Source: Calditrichia bacterium (GTDB lineage Bacteria > Calditrichota > Calditrichia > JAJRVZ01). From it: a stretch of DNA of 64,000 nucleotides. The notes beneath the pieces were generated by a model that was not told the DNA's origin, made no database searches, and saw only the letters and a list, made by a program, of their open reading frames with translations. The stretch is taken from contig CAWCNS010000004.1 of assembly GCA_963796965.1 (NCBI GenBank), positions 1 through 64,000 of the forward strand, written 5' to 3'. Made by a program: the position numbers and the translations under genes. This document shows, in pieces, positions 1 through 9,752 of this stretch (position 1 is the stretch's first letter; the number at the start of each line of letters is the position of its first letter).

Positions 1-28
1 GTCTAAAATTGTTTCCAGAATGGGTTCA
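1..28. mobile_element. Possible IS terminal inverted repeat at the window edge (IS3-like)
   Basis: Reverse complement reads TGAACCCATTCTGGAAACAATTTTAGAC, similar in style to IS3-family ends (5'-TG). No transposase in the window, so unconfirmed. Confidence 0.3.
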
Positions 29-166
29 GATGGACCAGTTTTAGGGGATTTACTACGAATTAATTCATATCAATATCATTAAAAAGTTGATCTCAGAGTA
101 AAAATTACTAAAATTTTAACTCCGCAATTTTCCAATCATACATATTAATAGATTGGAGACATAGAT

Positions 167-775
167 ATGGAGAAAGATAATTCTTCACCTACTCGAATTC
201 ATCCCGTCAAAGTATCAGAGCGTGTACATTCATTAGACATTTTACGTGGTTTTGCTATACTTGGTATTTTAGTTATTAATATTGAATTCTTTGCTCAACC
301 TTTAGCAAAACTAATCAATCCATCAGTAAGTAATAACTTCACGGGATTTAATTATTATATCTGGCTACTTAAAGAATTTCTTTTCTTTGGAAAATTCTGG
401 TCAATATTTGCAATGCTTTTTGGTGCCGGAGCCTTTTTACTGATTACACGGGCTGAGGAAAAAGGAAAGGCCGCAGGAATTGCAGATATATATTACAGAA
501 GGCTTTTCTGGTTGCTTTTATTCGCAATGGTACATGGTTATTTAATATGGCATGGAGACATACTATATGATTATGCTCTTGTTGGATTATTCTTATATCC
601 TTTAAGAAAGCTATCAGTAAGGGTGTTGCTTGTTGCATCTGCGATTATTCTGATTTTATACACGATAAAGCCTTACGTGGATTACAAAAATGATATTGCT
701 TTATATAATCAGGTTATTGAGATTAATGAAATAAAAAACCAATTTCAGGACTTGACACGTAATTCAAGTGTTTAG
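167..775 (+). pseudogene. DUF418/YeiB-family membrane protein, 3'-truncated
   Basis: Motifs ERVHSLDILRGFAILGILVINI, GKFWSIFAMLFGAG, RRLFWLLLF, WHGDILYDYA. The ORF ends at about half the usual family length, where an IS-end-like sequence and a 7-mer tract begin (~744). Confidence 0.75.
744..757. mobile_element. IS-end-like motif TTCAGGACTTGACA
   Basis: Identical 14-mer in inverted orientation at 18746-18759. It ends in CA, and both copies lie next to the same kind of 7-mer tract. Confidence 0.45.
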
Positions 776-828
776 AATTTGTGATTTGAGATTTCTTTAG
801 GATTTAGAATTTAGTGCTTAGAATTTGT
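770..828. repeat. Degenerate 7-mer tandem tract (ttagaat/ttaggat)
   Basis: tttagaatttgtgatttgagatttctttaggatttagaatttagtgcttagaattt; related inverted copy at ~18710-18741. Confidence 0.75.
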
Positions 829-856
829 TTTAAGTTTTGCGTCAAAAACGTGACCC

Positions 857-882
857 TTTTTTTGTGTCCAGAATTGACTACA
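857..882. repeat. Dispersed motif TTTTT.TGTCCAGAATTGACTA (IS-end-like)
   Basis: Second copy at ~38496-38518. Confidence 0.5.
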
Positions 883-1010
883 ATAGAAAGGAACAGACCA
901 AAGGCCTGTAACTTATTATTCATTGCCCAGGAATATATTAAAAGTTTATTGCATTTAATCCGTATTGAAAAGTTATTAAAATTTTATGAAATGAAATTGC
1001 AGAATACAGT

Positions 1011-2030
1011 ATGGATTCAATAACACAAATTGCACTGGGTGCAGCAGTCGGTGAAACGGTGATGAATAATAAAGTTGGTCGCAAGGCCAGCCTTTGGGGG
1101 GCAATCTGCGGTACGATACCGGATCTTGATGTCCTTATTCCCTTTGGCGATCCGGTCAGGGATTTTACCTATCACCGCGCCGAGAGCCATTCATTATTTT
1201 TTATGACCCTGGCCACACCATTATTCGTCTGGCTGATCATGCGCCTGCATCCAAAAACCCGGCAATACCGCTGGCGGTGGACATTGCTGGTCTGGTTGGC
1301 TTTTATTACCCACGCTCTGCTAGATAGTTTTACGGTGTACGGAACGCAAATCTTTCTGCCATTTTCTAACTTTCCAGTGGGCTGGTCATCTATTTTTGTT
1401 ATTGATCCCCTGTATACGCTACCGTTATTGATTGGCGTCTTCAGTTTATTTTACATAAAGCGTAATCCGCAAATTGCTTATCGCATCAATATATTGGGCT
1501 TGATAATAAGCACTGTGTACCTGGCGTGGTCGGTTGGTGTGCAAACCCATGTAAGCGGGCTTGCCCGGGATTCATTGCAAAATCAGAATATTACCTCAAA
1601 ACAAATGATTACCGGTCCTGCGCCGTTTAATACCTTATTATGGCGAACAGTGGCGATTACCGACAGCGGCTATGTTGAAGGATTTTATTCCCTTTTGGAC
1701 GATACAAGAATGATGCATTTTACAAAGTATCACAGTGATGCACAACTTATAGAGACTTTGCAAGATGACTGGGCTGTACAGCGGCTGCAATGGTTCAGCA
1801 AAGGATTCTACAAAGTAAGCCGGATGGGCAATGATATTCTGATATCTGATTTACGTATGGGCGTGGAACCGCTGTATTTTTTTACTTTTGCGATAGGCAA
1901 AGTGAACGCCGGTCGTATTGAACTGCAATCACCCCGTAAAATTGCACCGCAGCAAGCTAACATGGGTAAAAGTATGAACCTGCTGTGGCAGCGGATATGG
2001 AATGAAGATGCCCGGGTATTGTTTGAATAA
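1011..2030 (+). CDS. Metal-dependent hydrolase, YdjM/LexA-binding inner-membrane family
   Basis: MDSITQIALGAAVGE, TIPDLDV, HRAESHSL, THALLDSFTVYGT, IFVIDPLYT motifs. Confidence 0.9.
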   Translation: MDSITQIALGAAVGETVMNNKVGRKASLWGAICGTIPDLDVLIPFGDPVRDFTYHRAESHSLFFMTLATPLFVWLIMRLHPKTRQYRWRWTLLVWLAFITHALLDSFTVYGTQIFLPFSNFPVGWSSIFVIDPLYTLPLLIGVFSLFYIKRNPQIAYRINILGLIISTVYLAWSVGVQTHVSGLARDSLQNQNITSKQMITGPAPFNTLLWRTVAITDSGYVEGFYSLLDDTRMMHFTKYHSDAQLIETLQDDWAVQRLQWFSKGFYKVSRMGNDILISDLRMGVEPLYFFTFAIGKVNAGRIELQSPRKIAPQQANMGKSMNLLWQRIWNEDARVLFE

Positions 2031-2140
2031 GGATATCAACGCAAGCTACTTAATGATAGTCAGCTTGAAATAATAAATACTTATGTCAGGCAGATTGGAC
2101 CAAAACTAAAAAGTCTGATCAATACGTTTAAAAATCCCCC
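2031..2140 (+). pseudogene. C-terminal remnant of a four-helix-bundle (23S rRNA IVP-like) protein
   Basis: Manual translation GYQRKLLNDSQLEIINTYVRQIGPKLKSLINTFK resembles that family's C-terminal helix. No start codon; followed by 7-mer tracts. Confidence 0.55.
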
Positions 2141-2162
2141 CGCTCAAAAATAGTTTTATTTT

Positions 2163-2285
2163 AATTACCAATTACAAATTATCCCGATAAGGTATGTCGT
2201 CTTCCAGCCGACATATCGGGACTAAATCATGGATGATTTAGTAAATTACCAATTACCAATTACAAATTACTAATTACAAGATTAT
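2163..2285. repeat. AATTACC/AATTACA 7-mer tract interrupted by a 60-nt two-hairpin element (2182-2241)
   Basis: aattacc aattaca aattatc ... aattacc aattacc aattaca aattact aattaca. The same arrangement occurs at 34636-34740. Confidence 0.85.
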
Positions 2286-2290
2286 CTAAA

Positions 2291-4807
2291 TTATCGAATA
2301 ATTAATAGGGTTCCCTTTTGTATCTTGCCCTTGCTATTCATATGTACCGGAGGAAGTGTATCTCCTTTTGTAATAGTATATCTATACTCGCCTTCCAGTT
2401 TTGATTCAACTACCCAGAAATAAATCCCGGGTGCGATATCACCGGCAAATTTGATGGTCTGCTGGTCCCATTCACCCAATGGTGAAGATTGATTATGTTC
2501 AACCCGGGCTACCAATTCACCACTTACAGAATAAATGCTTATCACACATTTTTGCGGAATATTAAAAAATTTAATGGCATTAGAAAGGGAATATTCATGC
2601 ACACCATCTTTTTTATAGGGATTGGGAACGACCCTGATTGTCAGTTCCATATTATCTGACACCGGGCTTGCCGCGCTGTATGGTACCTTACCGGTTAACA
2701 TTTTCTGTTCCGGCGCCGATAAGCCACTCTCCAAAGATGGTATCGTGATACCGGTATTATTCCAATCATCATGCCCGCTATCAAATGATCGTACACTATA
2801 AAAGTATAGCAATGCTTTTACCTCCGTTGTAGGATCGGTACACATATAGCGATGCTTATCCGGATTATAGGTAATTAATCCGATATCGCTAATAAGTTGC
2901 CCCGTTCGGATCTCATCTATTAACTGCATAAGGACCATTGTGCCAATTTCTGGTTAATTTGTCATCACTTCTGGGTTCGAGTGGATCGGCTTTTTCCGCG
3001 GCCCCTGCGACTAACATTTTATAAACGCGATATCCGGCAACGTCTTTTGCTTCCTCGCCCGTATAGTCGGGATCTTCTGCATCCAGTCCTTCATCAGACC
3101 AAAATATCTGCAGGTGTCCGCTGGCATTTGGAGTTACATTTTCGATAAAAACATCCGGCGGTGGATCCGGAACATCGTACTCTAAGTCATAAATTTCCTG
3201 GGCAAGGGATAAATTATAAAATAACGATCTCTCTCCCAATTTGAACTCTGCCATTTTTCCGGGTTCGATGGAGCGCGCCCAGGCATTTTCCGGTGCCGTT
3301 TTTGGATCATAGACACCTTGATTGGCCAGATAATCCGCCCCGGAACCTCCGACAAAGGCCATGACTATTTTAACTTTATCTCCCGGATTCAGGGTATAGG
3401 GGCCATACACTTGAAAATGAGCATAGGTCCCTACCAATCGCAAGGCATCAGCACGTGGCGGATCCGGATGGATGGCCGGGTTGTCATTAGCCGGATCATC
3501 AACGGTTATCATATCATATATTTCTTCTTCTGTAAAAGAGATCAAATTGGGTTCAAGCGGTTTATCGTCAAGTCGATAGACAGGCCACCATTTAGTACGT
3601 GACGGTTGATCCAGGGAAGCAGGGGCCACATAAATGTCCGGATCATTGGAAAATCCATCGGAGGGATCATAATCCAATGGGGCCATACCTATAAAGGCAT
3701 AGGATAGGAGTTGCGTTTCACTCTGGCCCTGCTGTTCATTCCCGGTATTAGCGTTGAACATATTTTTCCACATAAGGCTCGCCGGTATCATCATAATCAT
3801 TGTCCGGATCATCCCCATCCCATCCATAACTCATTTTTTTACCGGTATAATTTTGCGTATCCTCAGACAATAGCGCCAGATATCCGGGAGAATCGCTGTA
3901 TTTATAGTGATCGTCCTGCGCAATGCGGCACATTCCTTCGCCAAGTCACCCCAGCCATAATAAGGATCATCGCCCCAGCATTCTCCCATCAGGGAAGAAG
4001 AAAACATATTACCAAAGGCAAAATAAACGTCGGTCAGAACAGGAAGATCCGTGCCATATACGTCCTCGGCAGTAACCACGCCATCACCATTGGAATCTCC
4101 GGTATATTCAAAAATATTTTCGACAATAAAAAAATCATCATATTTCTGATAACTCCAGGCTTTCGCTTTTTTTGTCCCTGTGATCCCTACACCGGTCGTC
4201 CATTTTACAATCATAATTTCTTCAGCCTCATTATCCCTTCCGATATAGTCATGGTAAGCATAATTATGAATCTCTATCGGGAGACTCCGGAGGATCAGGT
4301 AACGGTGCCCCGGGCCAATAGGTTGATTTTCCATCATCAACGCCCAGATCAAATTCGGGTGCCATTGCTGCGTCATAAACCATGGTAACAACATCTGTCG
4401 AAGTTGTACGCGGACCAGAATAGGAAATACGTTTTGTACTACCCGTCTTGGCTAATATAAAGGTTCCCTCACCATGCGAATTCATATTCCTGGTTGCATT
4501 CGGATCTACTCTGCCTGCGCCTCCACCGCCGACGACGTCCGGAAAGTCCCACCCATACCAGTACCCCAGATATTCTCCCCTCCGAATACCGTTTCCGGGA
4601 TAACTTAATCCGGCTTCATCATTAGCCGCTGAAGTATCCTGTGCCTGTGGCCCCTGAAGGCCGGACATACGAAACGATGACCATAGTTTACTGCGGGTAA
4701 GATGTCTTATTTCCGAATTCATCCCATTGTGCCTGTAAGGGAGAAAAATATATTAGCAGTATAATTACATAAAAAGATATTTTAATATTATAAACCGGAC
4801 TTATCAT
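2291..4807 (-). CDS. Large secreted acidic protein with C-terminal 'VVPNPY' sorting/FlgD-like domain, split by several frameshifts
   Basis: ORFs 4264-4722, 3831-4394, 3748-3933, 2913-3827 and 2291-2938 overlap successively on the minus strand. C-terminus IRVVPNPY...IKFFNIPQKCVISIYSVSGELV...IAPGIYFWVVES...GTLLIIR. AGAGG precedes the ATG at 4807. Function unknown. Confidence 0.7.
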
Positions 4808-4883
4808 ATTAATACCTCTATAACGGTAAAATATGTTTTTCTTCGTCGACTTATATCTTTATCTAACCTGATTAATTTATAGC

Positions 4884-4901
4884 GTCCCGATGTATCGGGA
4901 C
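4884..4901. repeat. REP-like palindrome GTCCCGATGTATCGGGAC
   Basis: 8-bp stem; same outer arms as the elements at 2182 and 34662. Confidence 0.7.
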
Positions 4902-4999
4902 AAATAAAGAAAAAAATAGTCCACAGATTTCATGGATTGACACGGATTTAATTTAAAACACTATTAATTCTGACCAGCATAAATAATTAATTTGATCTG

Positions 5000-5586
5000 C
5001 TATTCTTTTTTCGTTTCAGCAACATAAACAACATTGGGATCAATCTCATATGTCCATGGGTTCCCAGCATTTTTCCATCCGTTTTTAAACCGCTTTCCGT
5101 AGAAGCGACTTTCTGGATCATTTACTAGTTCTCCTTCAAAACCGTCTGTTATTGTATAGACATTTTTAAATCCGGATTCAGCAACTTATTTACAGACATT
5201 GCGCTGCGTCCGCCTGAACGGCACATAATCATGATTGTATCAGTGGTCTCAAATTTTGCTTTGACAAGTGCTACAAAATTCGAATTACCTTCCATAATAA
5301 ACCTTTTCTTATTCTCATCAAATTTGTGCGTTATAAACATGCTTGGAATATTATACGCCATAGGAGCATGACCTACAAAAATATACTCCTCTGGTGTCCG
5401 GCAATCTATAAATTTGACATTTCCGGGATCGCTCAACCATTTGACATAGGCTTCTTTGGCAGTCACATAAAGACCGAGTGTTGTCTGTTTCCCTTCAGGA
5501 AGTGATGTTTGGCCAAAGGAAAGCGAAGTATAACTTGTAAAAAACAACACGGTAATAAATGCAATTGACGAATATTTCTTTCTCAC
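5000..5586 (-). CDS. Secreted rhodanese-like sulfurtransferase (frameshift near 5180)
   Basis: IDCRTPEEYIFVGHAP and active-site loop MCRSGGRS. Another frame continues KNVYTITDGFEG...NGWKNAGNPWTY. AGGAG precedes a GTG at 5586, followed by a signal peptide. Confidence 0.85.
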
Positions 5587-5804
5587 CTTTAATCTCCTTT
5601 CAAATTGTTTAATGATTGCGGTTAACCCATGAGTGGAATGATTCCATATAATACTCGATTGGATCAAAAGATTTATAGACAATTTAACATCATGTATAAA
5701 TTATAGTAAAATTATAATGTTCTCATTATAATTACATTTTCAATCAAATTGTAAACATGACGTCAAGTCACGACAAATAGACAAATTAATTCGTCTCCAG
5801 CGAT

Positions 5805-6547
5805 TTATTCTTTCATTTTTTCTATCATTTTTTGTGCATGGTCGTTTTTGGGATCTAACTCTATGGACTTTTCGTAATTCTTAATTGCCAACTCCTTATT
5901 ACCATCTTTCATATAGGCTTCACCCAAACTATCATATACATTTGAAGATTCAGGATACAATTTCACATTCATTTTAAATACTTCTATGGCCTCTTTAATT
6001 TTCTCATGACGCAGTAAAATATATCCAGAAGCATTTATATCCCATTCTACCCTGGTTATTCGTATGAGTATCTGCCGATGTAACCCCAATAAACTATTTT
6101 CCATCCATCATCGGTTTTCTCTAACACTCTTAGTGCTTTTCCTGGTAAATATTCAGGATTTTTTTCCATACTGGATTTGCGATATTGTTCAAAAGTAACC
6201 CAAGCACCATTACCATAAATTCTGTATGAATAATTTTTATGAATAATTTCATCTGTAAATGGTTCAGTCGCTCCTTCCGTCCATCGTTTATAGTTAATCC
6301 CTATTGAATCCCATCCATTAAACTCAAAATTAAATGAATTACCAGTAGAGGTCATAAGAGCATATGGCGCATGTACCCATGTTTTGGCTAATTCCTCATA
6401 ATTATTCTCATTGAAAAATTTATCTTCAGCCTCAATCACTTTTTTAATTGCTGCCTCCTCTTTTTCATCAGCCATAGATTTTTGAAAACTAAAAATGATG
6501 AATAGTGATAATAAAATAGCAGTAGAAAAACTTAATTTTTTCAACAT
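5805..6547 (-). CDS. Secreted NTF2/SnoaL-like domain plus TPR protein (frameshift near 6060)
   Basis: Signal peptide, EEAAIKKVIE...RVLEKTDDGWKIVY, then TPR INASGY...EAIEVFKMNVKLYPESSNVYDSLGEAY. Confidence 0.75.
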
Positions 6548-6692
6548 GGCTCTTTTCTCCTTTTAAATAATTAATGAAATTAGACTATTATGGGGTGTAT
6601 TCAGGCAATGGATTCATTTTATATTTAAATTTTCATTGTGAATCGTTCTGATTCTTTTAAGGGAGGAAATTATATATAAATAAAATATTTCT

Positions 6693-6851
6693 TTTGTTGT
6701 TCAAAAAATGTGGGAAACAATAATCGGTCTTTGTAGTGTTCGTCGGTGAAGGAAAGAATAGAAATCGAGTCTGGTCTAATAAGAGTCAGTTAATACACAA
6801 ATGTAAAGATATGTTTACTGATACACAACGAAAATCGTCATGATTGAGGAT
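6693..6851. repeat. 159-bp non-coding direct repeat, copy 1
   Basis: Gap-free match to 9191-9349 with about 17 mismatches by manual count and an identical 38-bp core. Confidence 0.9.
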
Positions 6852-7029
6852 CTGAAAGGGATAAAAATATGGGACTTTACTTCTGTAATTTTATCGTATT
6901 GGAATACTATTTTCTCTTCGACTTTTAAGGACAAATACAGGTTAGAGGCCAAGCCATTTTCACTATTGTAAATCGTTTAAAGAAAATCTATAATTATAAA
7001 ACATACTCATACCCATCAAAGTGTTGTTT

Positions 7030-8273
7030 TTATTTCTTACTTACTACTTCAAACGGAATGATGTCCCAATTCATTATCAGCTTTATTTTTTCCTTCAGAG
7101 TTCGTAAATATATTTTGTTGATCTTTAATTCATGATATCCACTTTTTATAGTATCTAATGGAATAGTCGTGATAATTACTTCCTGATTAGTATTAATATT
7201 TTCCTTACTATACCATCTCATTCCGGAAATCGTTTTTTCATCAATCTTGATCTCGTATAAATCCGATATATTTATCCTTTTTGTGCTGTCTGTTTCAATA
7301 TTAGATTCTTTTAAAAGTTCTGGATTATTTTTAAGCTCATCAATAATAATAATTATCCTCTTTATAAAAACTGATGAATAGTCTTTATTTCATTGTCTGA
7401 CACTCCATATTGATTAATTATTGCTTTCTGAAATCTCAATTCTGGATCTCTTGAATCTATATAATGATCGTAATCTACCCTAATAATATCGGTTACGGTA
7501 GTGGTATTAATTTCAGCTTTTATTATTAAAATCAAATTTAAGAATAGAAGAGCGGGATATAAAAATAATGATCAGAAAATAAATTAAAAATATCAAAAGT
7601 GTTTTAACCTTGCCTATATTAGTTAAATAGATTTTTAAAATATTTTCGAAAATTGAATTCTCTAATTTTTGTAAAATTTTAGAGTTTATAAATTTTGTTT
7701 TATAAAAAATTGAAATGGCAATTATGATTACAAATGTTATCAGGGTGTATACACTGGAAATAATTGAGATATAATATATATCTAAACCTGCTATGAACAA
7801 TATTACAAGTGGAATAAAATACAAAAATACAGCAATTCCAACCCAGATAGAGGAGAATATGAAAGAAAACATGACACTGCATATCTTTTCAAACTTTATT
7901 ACCAATATATCCGGTTTATCATAAATAATATTTTTTTGAGATTTAGACAGTTTCTCTTTATTTACACCGTTTGGAAATACATAAGTGAAGTCCCACTAAT
8001 ACCGGTCCATAATCCTCTTAAAATAAAATGCAGGATTAGAATTATTTTTAATCCTGTTATGGCAATTACCGATATTCTATACAGCATTTTAGCAACTGCA
8101 TCAAACACACCGAAATCCTGCACCAGCATTCCAAAAAAATTGTAAATATAGTTAGACAGAATAAATACAAATGTTAATGTAATTCCTGAAATTAAAATCT
8201 CAGGTTCCCAACTTTTATTTTGAACATCAACTAACCAACCTGGAATTTTACTATTATTCATTTGATTTCTCAT
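7030..8273 (-). CDS. Conserved hypothetical membrane protein (several frameshifts)
   Basis: N-terminus WLVDVQNKSWEPEILISG...ILHFILRGLW, then EKICSVMFS in the next ORF and a C-terminal IPLDTIKSGYHELKI segment. The three ORFs are collinear. Confidence 0.65.
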
Positions 8274-8321
8274 TTAATAAACTATTACCTTGTTTAATAT
8301 AATACCCAAAATAAGTAAGAC

Positions 8322-8429
8322 ATTTAATGATCGTGGCATAAGCAGGGGGCTCAAAATAACAACTTGGTAATACTTATCCTAGGGCGTATGCTCAGCTCCT
8401 TCCCGTCCGCTTGATGCCATTGATTAGAC
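8322..8429 (-). mobile_element. Integron attC-like recombination site (degenerate)
   Basis: Minus strand: GTCTAAtCAATGGCATCAAGCGGAC...GCTTATGCCACGATCATTAAAT. The inverse core overlaps the methyltransferase stop codon. GGCATCAAGC pairs with GCTTATGCC leaving one extra C. The core site reads ATTAAAT instead of GTTRRRY. Confidence 0.7.
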
Positions 8430-9108
8430 CGCGCTATCATTTATTGAAGGCTTTGTACTATCAATATAATACGCCCAAATTCCCACTTGCTTAGTCTTTA
8501 TTAAATTAAATCTTACTTCTTTTAAGAGTTCCTGCGCAAGTTCAGTAGAGTAGAAATGATAATCCCCGTCGTGAGGAACAATCTTTAGATAAAGATTAAG
8601 TAGTTGCCTAATTGGTGTGAAATAGCAGGCATCTACAACGAGAACATGACCGCCAGGACGCAAGACACGATAAATTTCACTTAAGGCATCGATAGGACGA
8701 TAGAAATGATGAAGAGCGCCAGTTAAGGTGACTATATCAAATGTACCGTCATCCCAGGGAATGGAATCCTCCACATCTGCCTCACGTAAATCTGCATTTA
8801 CATTTTGATCTGTTAGTTTCTTTCTTGCGTCATTCAATATTCCTTGTGCCAAATCGACACCCGAGAGTGAAGCCGCCCCTGATTTTGCTAATTCAGCAAG
8901 TAAACTCCCTGTTCCACAACCCACATCAAGTATATCCAATGTACTTAGTTGAATAAAGGTCCTCTACTATAGTCTGATGCCAAAGTGGCAATTGAAAGAG
9001 CCGAACAAAATATGCTGAATCGTAGTAGCCCGGCATCTTAGTGTTGTACGCACGATAGCTACTCGATTTATATTTATCTGGCTTTCGAAATATTGGTTCT
9101 TCTGTCAT
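8424..9108 (-). CDS. Class I SAM-dependent methyltransferase (frameshift near 8940)
   Basis: ILDVGCGTG, GVDLA, FDIVT, ALHHF, EIYRVLRPGG. The N-terminus is in ORF 8926-9135. Confidence 0.88.
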
Positions 9109-9190
9109 TCTTTTCAATATTTGGTGTGGGGGCAAACATTTAAGTGAGTGGAATGATTCCAGAAAAAGATTTATAGTAAAATTCTATCTA

Positions 9191-9349
9191 TTTGTTGTTC
9201 AAAAAATGTTGTAAACAATAATCGTTCTGTCTAGTGTTCGTCTGTGAAGGTAAGAATAGAAAGCGAATCTGGTCTAATAAGAGTCAGTTAATACACAAAT
9301 GTAAAAATATGTTCACTGGTATACAACAGAAATCGACATCATTGAGGAT
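9191..9349. repeat. 159-bp non-coding direct repeat, copy 2
   Basis: Matches 6693-6851. Confidence 0.9.
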
Positions 9350-9752
9350 TCTTACCTGGAATAAATATCAGTTATTTTTGAAATAGTTTTCTCCAAATTC
9401 TTGGAAATTGTAGGGCCAGAATTTCTTTGTAATGATCCTTATAACTTCATTGTTGATAATGAGGATTGTATTGACTATTTTCAAATTTTCGAAATTGTAC
9501 TTAGCCTGTTCTATTCATAAACCACAGAGATCACAGAGGTAAATATTTAATATTATTATATTTATCTTCAGAGTTTCTTTATTTGTAATACGAATTAAAA
9601 TTTCTATATTCGAAACCATTAATTATCTACTTTTAATTACGTTATATTTCTTCTGTTTGCTCTGTGGTGAATTATTCAGGTTAGATACCCGGTGTCTAAT
9701 AATGTTGAAGAAATTAAGATACGTGATAAATTTGAATAGAAAGTATTAAAAA

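Noticed and set aside
3318..4388. Plus-strand ORFs 3318-3602 and 3711-4388, and similar antisense ORFs across the window
   Set aside because: They are shadows of better-supported genes on the opposite strand or in another frame, with no motifs.
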